From the NCBI GenBank assembly GCA_051252375.1, contig JBPOFY010000003.1, positions 64,001 to 128,000 on the forward strand: 64,000 bases of DNA, written 5' to 3'. Of this stretch, positions 42,456 to 52,899 are shown in pieces. The notes under the pieces are model-generated. The model was not told the DNA's origin, did no database searches, and saw only the letters and a program-made list of their open reading frames with translations. Made by a program: the position numbers and the translations under genes. How positions within the stretch are numbered: position 1 is the first letter of the stretch; every line of letters begins with the position of its first letter. The DNA comes from Opitutaceae bacterium (GTDB lineage: Bacteria > Verrucomicrobiota > Verrucomicrobiia > Opitutales > Coraliomargaritaceae).

Positions 42456-43640
42456 ATGCGATCTTCGGCAAAAAATATTTTAGCGGCAGTATTGGTGCTA
42501 TTTGTCCTGTTTAGCAGCAGTGGCTTTTCTCAGGGCACGGTGTTTGGTTATACTAAAGAAACCGCTCAAGAGACTCTAGAAGAGCGAGTCGTGCGGCTTA
42601 AAAAAGAATTGGCTGAAGCGGAGCTAGCTTTGGCTGTATCAATAAATGCCGAGGAGGTTGAAGAAGTGGTCGCGCAGATTGAAGAGCCGCCGCCTCAGGA
42701 AGTAGTGATCCCTTCCGGAGCATTGGTTGTAATAGAGGGTGAAAATGGGTCCGGGTCCGGTTTTATTGCTAACATGAAGGGACGTCCGTTCCTTATTTCG
42801 AATATTCATGTGATGGGCGCTGCTCGTGGTGCACGTATTACTACGGTTGATGGTGAGAAACTCCGCTTGGGGTCGACTGCCTACGTCAGCAAAGGGCGTG
42901 ATATTGCTATTATACCAATAACGTGGGCGGGCCCTACCTTGGAACTTTCCGCGTCTTTGAATTTTGATAAAGTTGCCATCGGCGACGGAGTCATCGTGAT
43001 GGGGAATTCCAGTGGTGCGAGTGTCGCGACTCGATTGAAAGGCGTTGTTAAAGGTCTTGGCCCGAAGGAAGTGGAAGTGTCCGCAAAGTTTGTGCCAGGT
43101 AATAGTGGTAGCCCGATTGTTCATCAAGAGCTTGGCACAGTCATCGCCGTGGCTTCACATTTGAAGGATTTTAGTTCTGATAGCAAATGGACCCAAGGCA
43201 CTGGTTTGAATCGAATTCGCCGTTTCGGATACCGTCTAGACGGTGACATTATTTGGGAGCAAATCGAGCTGTCAGATTTATATAAGCAAGGTGAAGCGTA
43301 TGGACGTTTCGAAGATAGAACCATCGCGATGTGGAACATTAGTTATCAACTGAGTCGTGAATCTATATTGCTCACATCCTATCGGGATCACCCGTCAATT
43401 GGATATATATATGAAGGTATTACCAACGACTTTGATGTGGAACGAAACACCTCATCGGCACATAACATTCTGTTACTGCGTCGCTTTATTGCCAGTATGA
43501 TAAATGAGACCCAAAATGATTTAGTGAACACGGATGACGTGATTACCCTGAGTTTTTATCAAAATCGATTTGATGAAATCAAAGTTTTCCGCGGTAAGAT
43601 ACGAAACAACTTAAATCGCTTTGCGGATTCTCGATTGTAG
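42456..43640 (+). CDS. Exported trypsin-like (S1) serine protease
   Basis: Signal peptide; GSGF, SNIHV (His), RDIA (Asp), PGNSGSP (Ser). Confidence 0.85.
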   Translation: MRSSAKNILAAVLVLFVLFSSSGFSQGTVFGYTKETAQETLEERVVRLKKELAEAELALAVSINAEEVEEVVAQIEEPPPQEVVIPSGALVVIEGENGSGSGFIANMKGRPFLISNIHVMGAARGARITTVDGEKLRLGSTAYVSKGRDIAIIPITWAGPTLELSASLNFDKVAIGDGVIVMGNSSGASVATRLKGVVKGLGPKEVEVSAKFVPGNSGSPIVHQELGTVIAVASHLKDFSSDSKWTQGTGLNRIRRFGYRLDGDIIWEQIELSDLYKQGEAYGRFEDRTIAMWNISYQLSRESILLTSYRDHPSIGYIYEGITNDFDVERNTSSAHNILLLRRFIASMINETQNDLVNTDDVITLSFYQNRFDEIKVFRGKIRNNLNRFADSRL

Positions 43641-43657
43641 CGTTCGTGCTGCTTTGA

Positions 43658-44560
43658 TTAAGTTTTTAATTTAATCAAAATAATCCCGATTAAAAGAAAA
43701 CCAATGCAAACTGCTTTTTGCCTAAAATTCTTTTCTTTGTGCAAATAGATGCCACCAAAGAAAGTGACGATCACGGCGCAGCGACGGATGGGCGAAATGA
43801 CTGCGATTAAGGCGCCTTCTTGAGTGAGTGCAGTGAAGTATAGGAAGTCAGCGATGAGTAAGCAAATACCGATCAATGGTATCGACCAGCGCCATTGAAA
43901 AGGAGCTCGAGGCCAGCGACCTTTTAACCACAAAACGTAGAAGGGCAGTATCACGACGACTAAATAGATTGAAAACCATGCCTGGACAGTGGCTGGCTCA
44001 AGTGCCGCGTTTTGCATGAGATATTTATCATAGATCGCGCTACAAGCACCCACTAAGGTGGCGATTAACATATAGCCCACCCAACGGTTGCGATGGAAAT
44101 GAATGTTTTCGAGCTTACCTACAAATGAGAAGGCGTAGAATGCACTTAGAACCACTGCGATGCCTGCCCATTGCCATGTGTTTGGTTTTTCGCCCATTAT
44201 CAAGACCGCCAATAAAATCGTCCATAATGGACTGGTTGCACGAATGGGCCCCGCGATGGAAAGCGGCAGGTTTTTGAGTGCAAAGTATCCGAAGATCCAA
44301 GACGCCCCGACGAGAATCGACTTCAGGAATAAGAGTAAGTGTGTGTGTGGTGTTATCGACACCACTTGGAAACGTTCGACTGGAAATGTTTCGGGGGCAA
44401 GGTGCGACCAGATGACAAAGGGGAGCCATATACATGCACTTGTGACGATGCCGAAGAACAGCACTGGCAACACCGCATTCTCCTTTAGGGCGTGTTTCTT
44501 TGCTAGATCATAAAAACCGAGTAGCAGCGCCGATAGTATACTTAAGGCAATCCAAGACAT
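43658..44560 (-). CDS. DMT/EamA family transporter
   Basis: About 10 TM helices in two repeats; ALKNLPLSIAGPIRATSP, GEK. Confidence 0.87.
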   Translation of the reverse strand: MSWIALSILSALLLGFYDLAKKHALKENAVLPVLFFGIVTSACIWLPFVIWSHLAPETFPVERFQVVSITPHTHLLLFLKSILVGASWIFGYFALKNLPLSIAGPIRATSPLWTILLAVLIMGEKPNTWQWAGIAVVLSAFYAFSFVGKLENIHFHRNRWVGYMLIATLVGACSAIYDKYLMQNAALEPATVQAWFSIYLVVVILPFYVLWLKGRWPRAPFQWRWSIPLIGICLLIADFLYFTALTQEGALIAVISPIRRCAVIVTFFGGIYLHKEKNFRQKAVCIGFLLIGIILIKLKT

Positions 44561-44615
44561 TTGTATAAGCCGTATATGTGAAGGCAGGGTGCCGCATCTC
44601 CGTGTCGCGTTTAGT

Positions 44616-44652
44616 AAACAAAAGCCCCTCGGTTCAATGAACCGAGGGGCTT
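44616..44652 (-). terminator. Rho-independent terminator after tRNA-Glu
   Basis: Minus strand AAGCCCCTCGGTTCA-T-TGAACCGAGGGGCTT followed by TTGTTT. Confidence 0.85.
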
Positions 44653-44656
44653 AAAA

Positions 44657-44734
44657 TGGCCTCCCGTAGGGGATTCGAACCCCTGTTGCCTGGATGAAAA
44701 CCAGGTGTCCTAGACCGGGCTAGACGAACGGGAG
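44657..44734 (-). tRNA. tRNA-Glu (anticodon TTC), CCA encoded
   Basis: Acceptor CTCCCGT/ACGGGAG, anticodon arm CCTGG-TT-TTC-AT-CCAGG, T arm AGGGG-TTCGAAT-CCCCT, G-CCA; 78 nt. Confidence 0.97.
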
Positions 44735-44862
44735 GGAGGAGAAGTCACGGAAGCTATGTTTACAGAAGGGGGGGGCAAGTCTTTTTTTGAGAAAAACACA
44801 CAAAATATTCTATTACGCAAGAAACCGTTTGCGCATGCGGGGTGGAAGGCTAATGAAAAGAT

Positions 44863-45771
44863 ATGACTTCTGAGACTTTGCCATTTCCACTGCCTGAAAA
44901 ACCGCTTTTGAAAGTGGATAATCTGCCTTATCCATTGGTCGCGTCCGGTAAGGTGCGTGAAGTGTATGACATGGGCGATGCCTTGCTCATGGTTGCTACC
45001 GACCGTGTGTCTGCATTTGATGTGATCATGACCGAAGGCTTGGCCGGCAAGGGCGTGCTCCTGACGCAAATCAGTCTTTATTGGTTTGAGAGAGCTGCCG
45101 CACTCACGCAGCACCACTTGGTTGATAATCACGCGGCTCGCATCGTTGAACTCGGCAAGACTCATCCTGAGTTGGAGCATCGCAGCATGATTGTGAAGAA
45201 GCTCAAGCCATTGTCGATCGAAGCGGTCGTGCGCGGCTACTTGTCTGGATCCGGTTGGAAGGCTTATCAACAGACGGGGCAATTATTTGAATATACGCTC
45301 CCCAATGACCTTCAAGATAGTAGCCAGTTGCCGCAACCTGTGTTTACACCCACGACTAAAGTGGCATCGGGGCATGATATGCCGATTGATTGCGCAGATG
45401 CAGCCAAGTTGATTGGCGAGGAACTCTTCAAGAAAGTGCACGATCTGAGTATCGCGCTGTATAATATGGGAGTAGAGCGAGCCGACGCAGCGAATTTGAT
45501 TCTCGCTGATACCAAGTTTGAATTTGGCACAGATGAAGCGGGCGACCTTTACTTGATTGATGAAATTCTAACACCTGATTCTTCGCGCTACTGGCCGCGC
45601 GAAGGGTATGCGCCCGGTGGGGCACAGCCTTCTTTCGATAAGCAATTCGTGCGCGACTATTTAGAGTCGCTTGATTGGGATAAAACACCACCGCCTCCAT
45701 CACTTCCTGAAGATGTATTGAAGGGCACACTCGATCGTTACATTCAAGCATATGCAAAAATCACAGGGTGA
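44863..45771 (+). CDS. purC: SAICAR synthetase
   Basis: SGKVREVY, ATDRVSAFD, EAVVRGYLSGS, FTPTTK, ADTKFEFG, DEILTPDSSRYW, DKQFVRD. Confidence 0.97.
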   Translation: MTSETLPFPLPEKPLLKVDNLPYPLVASGKVREVYDMGDALLMVATDRVSAFDVIMTEGLAGKGVLLTQISLYWFERAAALTQHHLVDNHAARIVELGKTHPELEHRSMIVKKLKPLSIEAVVRGYLSGSGWKAYQQTGQLFEYTLPNDLQDSSQLPQPVFTPTTKVASGHDMPIDCADAAKLIGEELFKKVHDLSIALYNMGVERADAANLILADTKFEFGTDEAGDLYLIDEILTPDSSRYWPREGYAPGGAQPSFDKQFVRDYLESLDWDKTPPPPSLPEDVLKGTLDRYIQAYAKITG

Positions 45772-45776
45772 TTTTT

Positions 45777-45868
45777 AGTGGAAAGTCGGGAGTGGGAAGT
45801 GAAGAGTTTCACTTGGCGCTAAACTGATATTCTGCATTTCTCTTACTTTCCACTCTCCACTTCCTACT
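45777..45868. repeat. Inverted pair of heptamer arrays
   Basis: ggaaagt-cgggagt-gggaagt-gaagagt ... actttcc-actctcc-acttcct-act. Confidence 0.6.
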
Positions 45869-45875
45869 AAAGAAC

Positions 45876-46334
45876 ATGCCCATTTGGTTGATTGAATATT
45901 TCGGAGCGCGTGATCTGGAGCAGGTATTTCTTTTTATTGCGTTGATGACCGCACCTATTTGGATCGCGATGATTGCTTTTTCGAATGCAAAAGCAGTGCG
46001 CGCGTTTGCTCAGCCCTTTGTCGTGGCTCCGCTTTATTGCATTGTTCTGTTTGTGCTGCTTTGGAAAGCATACGAAGCTTCTATACTACCGGAACCCATC
46101 ATTGAGGCGACCTACCACTCGGCGCGCGACTTTGCCGAGCATCCGATTGCATTCCTTGTCTTGTTTTGCAATTATCAGATATTGAATTTGTTTCTGGGCA
46201 CTATGATTTATCAAAAAGCAATTAAGTGCGGTTTCCGTGCTCCTGTAGAGCTACTGCTGTGCGGGTGCTTCGGCGCGATTGCTTTGGTGCCTTTTAGTAT
46301 TCGTTTAATCTTACGGAGACGAGTCACTCAATGA
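45876..46334 (+). CDS. ABA4-like/DUF4281 membrane protein
   Basis: Four TM helices; APIWIAMI and NLFLG pattern recalls DUF4281 (PFWxLM...DLFVG). Confidence 0.55.
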   Translation: MPIWLIEYFGARDLEQVFLFIALMTAPIWIAMIAFSNAKAVRAFAQPFVVAPLYCIVLFVLLWKAYEASILPEPIIEATYHSARDFAEHPIAFLVLFCNYQILNLFLGTMIYQKAIKCGFRAPVELLLCGCFGAIALVPFSIRLILRRRVTQ

Positions 46335-47455
46335 GACCGATTATGGAATTGGGGATGACGGATGTCGCTTCTCGCCCTAGGGGACGTGGTGCATGGAAGC
46401 TTGGCGGTATTGTCGGCTTGGTGCTTACGCTCTACGTGGTGGTCAGGAACTATCTCTTTATACAAGCAGGCATGCTGCGGCCGGACTTTGGGGTCATCCA
46501 TGAAGCTTACCATTTCAACTTAGGCCAGTTGGGGTGGATTCTATGTGCGGTGGCGGTTGTATTTATTGGTCTCGCAGTGACTTGGCGAGGATTGCGCCGA
46601 AACTTACTGTGGGTGGCGGCTTTGTATGCCTTTCTCGGATTCGATATTTTTGCACTGCGCTACTACGTCACAAATATAGAGCCGGAGCATCTGGTGGTGA
46701 AGCAGGTGCGTTTAGAAACGCCTAAGCTCACTGCACCCATTCGATTACTTCATATCTCGGATATACAGGCGGGATCGGTGGAAGATTACCAACTTGAAAT
46801 CTTTAAACAGATTATAGCGCTCAAGCCTGATATTATTATAAACACGGGCGACTTCTTGCAGGTAGTCCCGCCGGCGACTTTCAATGAAGAGTGGGGGAAG
46901 TTGTTCGAGTTGATTCAATCAGCCAATCCACGCTACGGCACCTATGCGGTATATGGGGATACCGAGCGTGAACTTTATCGTTTAAGACCTGAAGCGATTG
47001 AACCCTTGCGTATGCTGTCTTCGCGGTCTCAGCAAATCCCTGTGGACGGTGGCTCGCTCAGTTTGCACGGGCTCAGCCTATATCAATCCAAATCAAGTGA
47101 CTGGGCGATGCGAACGGTCGACACGTGGCTACAAGAATCGCCAGAAAGTGATTTCAGAATATTGTTTGGGCATGCGCCTGATTACGCATTATCTGTCGGC
47201 GAGAAGTCCATCGACCTGTGTCTTGCTGGACACACTCATGGTGGGCAGATTCGACTCCCTTGGTATGGTCCACTTGTGATTGATAGTGAGGTGCCGAAGG
47301 AGTGGTCGCGTGGCTTTCGTCGTATCGGAATTCCTTATTTAAATGTCTCTGCGGGAGCTGGTTCAAATCGTTTTAACGGCTTACCTCCGCTGAGGTTTAA
47401 TTGTCCTACCGAAATGACGCTCATCGAACTGGTTCCGATTCGGCCGATTCGATAA
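46331..47455 (+). CDS. Membrane-anchored calcineurin-like metallophosphoesterase (YkuE-like)
   Basis: Three N-terminal TM helices; HISDIQ, TGDF, HAPD, AGHTHGGQI; the usual GNH is replaced by GDT. Confidence 0.85.
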   Translation: MRPIMELGMTDVASRPRGRGAWKLGGIVGLVLTLYVVVRNYLFIQAGMLRPDFGVIHEAYHFNLGQLGWILCAVAVVFIGLAVTWRGLRRNLLWVAALYAFLGFDIFALRYYVTNIEPEHLVVKQVRLETPKLTAPIRLLHISDIQAGSVEDYQLEIFKQIIALKPDIIINTGDFLQVVPPATFNEEWGKLFELIQSANPRYGTYAVYGDTERELYRLRPEAIEPLRMLSSRSQQIPVDGGSLSLHGLSLYQSKSSDWAMRTVDTWLQESPESDFRILFGHAPDYALSVGEKSIDLCLAGHTHGGQIRLPWYGPLVIDSEVPKEWSRGFRRIGIPYLNVSAGAGSNRFNGLPPLRFNCPTEMTLIELVPIRPIR

Positions 47456-47467
47456 GTGTAGAGGGCA

Positions 47468-47501
47468 CAAAAAAGCCCACCGCGTAAACGGTGAGCTTTT
47501 G
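47468..47501. terminator. Bidirectional terminator between the phosphoesterase and tkt
   Basis: AAAAAAGCCCACCG-CGTAAA-CGGTGAGCTTTT. Confidence 0.75.
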
Positions 47502-47522
47502 TATTGAAGATTTAACTACGTC

Positions 47523-49508
47523 TTAGAGTAGTTCTTTGGCTACCTTGGCGACGTTGTCGGCTGTCATGCCGAGTTGCTCCATCACGGTGTCACCAGGAGC
47601 GGAGATACCGAAGCGGTCGATGCAGACAGTCTTGCCGGTCAGGCCAACGTATTTGCCCCAAGTCGCGGAAACGCCAGCTTCGACGGCTACACGTTTTGCG
47701 CAGCTGCTAGGGAGAACGCTTTCAATGTATTCAGCGGATTGGCGTTCGAAGCGCTCGAAGCAGGGGAGAGACACCACGCGGATGCCATCACCGAGTTGCT
47801 CGGCAGCACCGAGTGCGTGTTGCACTTCAGAACCTGTGGCGAGGATGATGAGTTTCAAGTCGCCGGTTTCTTGCTTCGCGATGTAACCGCCCTTGATGGT
47901 GCCTTCGCGACGATCGGCAACACTGACGGCATCGTTGGCCGGAATGTTTTGACGAGTCAGGATGAGTGCAGTCGGGCCATCGTTGCGAAGTGTCGCGGCT
48001 GCAAATGCTGCTGCGGTTTCTTCGGCGTCGGATGGACGGATCACATCAAGATTTGGAATCACACGCAGTCCACTAACTGTTTCGACTGGTTGGTGAGTGG
48101 GGCCGTCTTCGCCAACACCGACAGAGTCGTGTGTGAAGATGTAAGTGACGGGGAGCTTCGCGAGCGATGCGAGGCGGATAGAGCCACGCATGTAGTCGGC
48201 AAATACGAGGAAGGTCGCGCCACTGGGGCGGAAGATGCCGTCGTAAGCGATACCATTGCAGATCGCACCCATGCCGTGTTCGCGGATACCGAACCAGATG
48301 TTGCGGCCAGCATAGTTATCTGCACCGAAGTCGCCGCCATCCTTAATGTAATTCTTCGTCGAGCCGTAGAGGTCCGCGGAGCCTGAGATGAGCTGTGGCA
48401 CTTCTTTGGCGACGGCATTGATGACGACACCGCCGGAGGCGCGTGTTGCCGAGCCTGTGCCTGCGTCGAACTCAGGGATGCGGGAAACTAGGTCGGCAGG
48501 AATGTCGCCATTGACGCCAGCTTCAAGCTCAGCGGCTAGTGCTGGGTTAGCGGTCTTCCATGCGCTGTAAGTAGCGTCCCAGTTGGCTTTGCCAGCTTTG
48601 CCGCATTCTGCGACCTTGGTGAAGTATTCGCGCACTTCAGCGGAAACGTAGAAGAGTTCTGCTGGGAGACCGAGTCCCTTGCGGGCGCTTTCAGCAAACT
48701 TTGCGCCGCCTTCACCGTGTCCGGCAGCAGTGCCTTCGACTTCAGGAATGCCTTTACCGATGGTGGTCTTGGCGATGATGACGGTTGGTTTACCGTTATC
48801 GTTTTCTTTTGCGGTGGTGACGGCTTCGGAAACTGCCGCGAGGTCGTGGCCATTGATTGTGATCGCATCCCATCCTTGTGATGCAAAGTATGCGGCTGCA
48901 TCTTCGCTTTGTGTGCGGTCTGCCATGGCGTCGAGTGTGACGTCGTTGGAATCGTAAATCAGGACAAGGTTGTCGAGTTTGTTGTGTCCCGCGAAAGCGA
49001 TGGCTTCTTTGGCGACACCTTCTTGGAGGCAGCCATCACCGTGGAGGGCGAATACGTGCTGATCGAAAATGGTATGTTCCGTAGTGTTGAATTTAGCGGC
49101 TGCGTGTTTGCCGGAAAGGGCGTAACCAACTGCGTTACCGATACCTTGGCCGAGTGGACCTGTGGTGGCTTCGACACCGACGGTGTCGCCGAACTCAGGG
49201 TGACCCGGTGTTTCAGAGCCGAGTTTACGGAAGCTCTTTACTTCTTCGAGTGAAAGATCGTAACCAGCAATGTGCAACCATGAGTAAATGAACATGGAGC
49301 CGTGACCTCCAGAGAGGACGAAACGGTCGCGATTGAGCCACTTAGGTGATGTAGGATCGTAGCGGAGTCCACCGTTGCCAAATAGGACGGCGCCGATTTC
49401 GGCACAACCGAGAGGGAGTCCGAGGTGCCCGGAACTGCAGGCGTGGATGGCGTCGATTGCGAGGCCACGTGCTTGTGTGGCTGCTTGTGAGAGGATCTCT
49501 GTTTGCAT
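47523..49508 (-). CDS. tkt: Transketolase
   Basis: [57 protein letters not shown]. Confidence 0.98.
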   Translation of the reverse strand: MQTEILSQAATQARGLAIDAIHACSSGHLGLPLGCAEIGAVLFGNGGLRYDPTSPKWLNRDRFVLSGGHGSMFIYSWLHIAGYDLSLEEVKSFRKLGSETPGHPEFGDTVGVEATTGPLGQGIGNAVGYALSGKHAAAKFNTTEHTIFDQHVFALHGDGCLQEGVAKEAIAFAGHNKLDNLVLIYDSNDVTLDAMADRTQSEDAAAYFASQGWDAITINGHDLAAVSEAVTTAKENDNGKPTVIIAKTTIGKGIPEVEGTAAGHGEGGAKFAESARKGLGLPAELFYVSAEVREYFTKVAECGKAGKANWDATYSAWKTANPALAAELEAGVNGDIPADLVSRIPEFDAGTGSATRASGGVVINAVAKEVPQLISGSADLYGSTKNYIKDGGDFGADNYAGRNIWFGIREHGMGAICNGIAYDGIFRPSGATFLVFADYMRGSIRLASLAKLPVTYIFTHDSVGVGEDGPTHQPVETVSGLRVIPNLDVIRPSDAEETAAAFAAATLRNDGPTALILTRQNIPANDAVSVADRREGTIKGGYIAKQETGDLKLIILATGSEVQHALGAAEQLGDGIRVVSLPCFERFERQSAEYIESVLPSSCAKRVAVEAGVSATWGKYVGLTGKTVCIDRFGISAPGDTVMEQLGMTADNVAKVAKELL

Positions 49509-49679
49509 AGCTTAGTGTCTAGTTTGCGCGATGACCGCGTCTGAGTGGATTGTTAAAACGAAGTAGGATGCTCTGCTGCGCGTGAATGAAAAGGAAAAAC
49601 CCCGATTTCGGATGAATTCTCCTCATTCCTGGTATTCAAATCTCGACTCAGTGTCGTGCGGCGTCTTAGACCTTCATTC

Positions 49680-50105
49680 ATGACTCATGAAGAACTTGAA
49701 GAGGGCTCGGTCCTGAACCTTGATTTTACTAAATTACGCAAAGTTGCGAATTGTGGTGCCGATGTGCTGCCTGCGATTGCGCAAGATGCGAGCACTGGGG
49801 AAGTCTTGATCGTCGGTTATGCCAATCAGTTGGCATTGGACACCGCTCGTGAGTGCGGCATGGCAACTTTTTGGAGCACGAGCCGTAACGAGCTTTGGAT
49901 CAAAGGGAAGACCAGTGGGGATTACCTTAAGATCGAAGACATTCGGGTGAATTGTGAGCAGAACTCGATTCTCTACAAAGTCACACCTGCAGGGAAGGGC
50001 GCTTGCCACACAAAAAATCAAGCAGGTATCGCACGTTCGGGCTGCTACTATCGCAGTGTGAAGACTGACGGCTCGCTTGAGTTCGTCGATTCTAGCCAAG
50101 TGTAA
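49680..50105 (+). CDS. hisI: Phosphoribosyl-AMP cyclohydrolase (divergent)
   Basis: PAIAQDASTGEVL, FWSTSRNELWIKGKTSG, NCEQNS, GACHT...GCYYR. Confidence 0.85.
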   Translation: MTHEELEEGSVLNLDFTKLRKVANCGADVLPAIAQDASTGEVLIVGYANQLALDTARECGMATFWSTSRNELWIKGKTSGDYLKIEDIRVNCEQNSILYKVTPAGKGACHTKNQAGIARSGCYYRSVKTDGSLEFVDSSQV

Positions 50106-50140
50106 CGCAACGCTGGTGGTGTGCGTTCGATGCGCCTTCC

Positions 50141-50773
50141 TTACTCGGTTTCGGTGACGACTTCTTCGACTTCTGCTGCTGTTTCAGTTTCGGTCGCAAC
50201 TGGCTGGGCTGCGTCTGTTTTGGCAGGCCATGGGCTGAGCACTTCGTCGGCGATTTGACGCGCGAGTCCACGGGTAAGAATCGGCATGCCGTCATACTCT
50301 GCTTTCACAAAGCCTGTCGGGTCTGTTGCGGCAGCTGTGTAGGGGTTCTGAATATACAAATTGTTGCGTTCTTCGAGCTGTCGATTCTGGAAGAGGAAGT
50401 TGCCCTTGTTTGTGTCGTAAAGTGAAAGTTGGGCCACGAGGGTGGTGTTATAAGTGGCTGCGCTGACCGTGTCGTCACGACGACGTGCGGCGGACTGGCG
50501 GATGTAATCAGTGATGGTGACTTCGAGCACGATGTCGGCTTCTTTCTCGTCACTGAGCACTTTTACGCGACCATCTCGGATGAAGGCTTGTCGGATATTC
50601 GCGCTCAGCAGTGCTTGCGCTTGTGGGGCAAAGCTTTCATTGCCGGCAGGTCGGATGTAAATCGATTCAAACGGCAATTCTGTTGGCGCACCTAGTTGGT
50701 AGGATGCACAGCCGTTGAACAATGAAAGTGCAATGAGGCTGAGGCTGGCGAGGACTGTGCGTCGTGTTAGCAT
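50141..50773 (-). CDS. lptE: LPS assembly lipoprotein LptE-like
   Basis: FNGC-ASYQLG lipobox, SIYI, EADIVLEVTITDY, LARQIADEV; follows bamD. Confidence 0.72.
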   Translation of the reverse strand: MLTRRTVLASLSLIALSLFNGCASYQLGAPTELPFESIYIRPAGNESFAPQAQALLSANIRQAFIRDGRVKVLSDEKEADIVLEVTITDYIRQSAARRRDDTVSAATYNTTLVAQLSLYDTNKGNFLFQNRQLEERNNLYIQNPYTAAATDPTGFVKAEYDGMPILTRGLARQIADEVLSPWPAKTDAAQPVATETETAAEVEEVVTETE

Positions 50774-50818
50774 AGAGCGAACGGTGTGTGAATCAGTGAG
50801 TGGGCGCAACTTTATAGC

Positions 50819-51841
50819 TTAATCCATTAGGAACACTTTACGTAGCATTGTGGCGCCATTGACTGGGCGGACACCTGCTTCGATGTCTTCAATTCGAGCG
50901 GTGGCTTCTTGGGCCGCCTCAGAGTCGGGTGCGATCGTGATGGTTTCGTTATAGAAAATCAGTGCGGCAGTGTTGTTGCTGCGGTATAAGTAGTAGAAAT
51001 CGCCCAGATTGAGTCGGCTGGTCGCGAGTAGATTTTCCATGCCTTCTAGATTGGACTCGACCTCGCCAGTGTAGTTGCTGGTAGGGAAAAGGACGAGAAA
51101 GTCTTCGTAGTAGCTCATCGCTTGGCGAGTGGAGCCTTGGTCGTATTCACTTCCTTTTACCAGATTGGAGTAGGTGGTGGCCAAGTTGTAGTACGCGTCG
51201 GGTGCGAGCATACTTTGCGGATAATAATTGATTAAACGGTCGAGCGCATCGATCGCATCTTCTGGTTTCTCCTCTTGCTCGGCAACTAATGCGATATTCA
51301 TGAGCGCGAGTGGTGCATAGTCACTGTAGGGGGCATTGTTAACGATCTGCTCAAATTCCTCCATGGCTTTGTCGTATTGACGGAAGCCTGGGAAAACCCA
51401 GAGGATGCGACCACGCGCGCCTTCCATATGGGCAGTCGCACAATCGAATTGTGAGCCAATGACACGGTCGAAGTCTTCGTAGTTGGGGTGTTTTTTGACG
51501 ATGGTTTGAAGGGAGTCGAAGGCTTTATCCCAGCGCTCACGAGTCATCAAAATACGTGCGCGAAGAAAGAGCGCTTCACCCGTAGCCTTGGCCGTGGGGT
51601 AGTTCTTAATGATCTTTTTGAATGTGCGGTTGGCTGAACCAGTGCTGCCAGCTTGCAGTTTTTGACGACCAACTTCTAGCATGCTGGCCGCAGCGGCTTC
51701 GTCGGACGCACTTGCGACCCACATATTGCTGGGTTCTTCATCGTCGCTAAACCATTTAATTGGATTGAGCGAGAAATCGGCGCAAAGCGTCGAAGTAAGT
51801 GAAAGCAATATGATGGAAATATAAGTGAGTGTGTGACGCAT
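50819..51841 (-). CDS. bamD: Outer membrane protein assembly factor BamD-like TPR protein
   Basis: TPR units; [22 protein letters not shown] pattern. Confidence 0.78.
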   Translation of the reverse strand: MRHTLTYISIILLSLTSTLCADFSLNPIKWFSDDEEPSNMWVASASDEAAAASMLEVGRQKLQAGSTGSANRTFKKIIKNYPTAKATGEALFLRARILMTRERWDKAFDSLQTIVKKHPNYEDFDRVIGSQFDCATAHMEGARGRILWVFPGFRQYDKAMEEFEQIVNNAPYSDYAPLALMNIALVAEQEEKPEDAIDALDRLINYYPQSMLAPDAYYNLATTYSNLVKGSEYDQGSTRQAMSYYEDFLVLFPTSNYTGEVESNLEGMENLLATSRLNLGDFYYLYRSNNTAALIFYNETITIAPDSEAAQEATARIEDIEAGVRPVNGATMLRKVFLMD

Positions 51842-51849
51842 AAAAAGTG

Positions 51850-52848
51850 TTATTGCCATTTGATGAGTGCTGATGCCCAGGTCAAGCCTGCGCCGAAAGC
51901 GACCAATAGTAGTAAATCGCCGGATTTGATGCGTCCAGCGCGATACGCCTCATCGAGCGCGATCCCTACTGATGCGGCCGATGTGTTACCGTAACGATCC
52001 AAATTGTTGTGGAATTTCTCCATCGGAATTTTCATGCGCTTTGCCAAGCTATCGATAATTCGCATGTTTGCTTGGTGTGGGATGACTAGATCGATATCAC
52101 TGGATTCAAAGCCTTGCTGTTCGAGAATGTCTGCACTGGCTTTGCCCATGACGCGCACGGCTTGCTTGAAAATTTCTTTGCCGTTCATCTTCAAGAAATG
52201 CTGACGGGCGGCGAGAGAGTCAGTTGATGACGGGATCGCGGAACCGCCGGCAGGTTGGTGCAATAGGCTCGGGTCGGAACCATCTGAGCCTCCTAAAGCT
52301 CCGAGGATACCGACATTGGGCACATCGCTGCGGGAGAGGACGACTGCGCCGGCACCATCACCAAAGAGGACGCAGGTAGTGCGGTCTTCGAAGTCGAGGA
52401 TCGGGCTAGTTTTTTCTGCGCCGATCACGAGTGCTTTGTTGAAGTTGCCCGACAGAAGCATGGCGTTGGCAATACCCAAGGTATAGACAAATCCTGAGCA
52501 GGCAGCTTGCACATCAAATGCGCAAACGTTTGGGAGATCTAGTTTGCTCTGAACGAGACAAGCGGTGGACGGAAAAGGCATGTCCGGTGTCATCGTCGCA
52601 ACGATGATGAGGTCGATTTCACTGCGGTCGATGCCCGCGGCTTCAATCGCACGTGCACCGGCGGCGCAGGCTAAATCACTTGTGGCTTCGTCGTCAGCAG
52701 CAAATCGGCGCTCAGAGATGCCGGTTCGTGTGCGAATCCACTCGTCGGATGTATCAACGATTTTTGCCATGTCATCGTTGGTCACGATACGATCAGGAAC
52801 ATACGAACCCGTGCCGAGAACGATGACAGATGATGTTTGGCTAGACAT
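51850..52848 (-). CDS. fabH: 3-oxoacyl-ACP synthase III
   Basis: [46 protein letters not shown]. Confidence 0.97.
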   Translation of the reverse strand: MSSQTSSVIVLGTGSYVPDRIVTNDDMAKIVDTSDEWIRTRTGISERRFAADDEATSDLACAAGARAIEAAGIDRSEIDLIIVATMTPDMPFPSTACLVQSKLDLPNVCAFDVQAACSGFVYTLGIANAMLLSGNFNKALVIGAEKTSPILDFEDRTTCVLFGDGAGAVVLSRSDVPNVGILGALGGSDGSDPSLLHQPAGGSAIPSSTDSLAARQHFLKMNGKEIFKQAVRVMGKASADILEQQGFESSDIDLVIPHQANMRIIDSLAKRMKIPMEKFHNNLDRYGNTSAASVGIALDEAYRAGRIKSGDLLLLVAFGAGLTWASALIKWQ

Positions 52849-52899
52849 GTATAGTGTAGGGCTCTCCTTGGAAATTTTTCGTTAAAGCAGAACTTATTC

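Noticed and set aside
42456..44734. Possible genomic island integrated at the tRNA-Glu 3' end (protease and DMT genes look somewhat AT-richer)
   Set aside because: No integrase, no duplicated tRNA 3' end seen, and the tRNA's terminator follows directly.
47574..48386. Long antisense ORFs opposite tkt (also opposite parE, gyrA, gyrB and yicC)
   Set aside because: These are shadow frames expected from the codon bias of conserved genes; no recognisable motifs.
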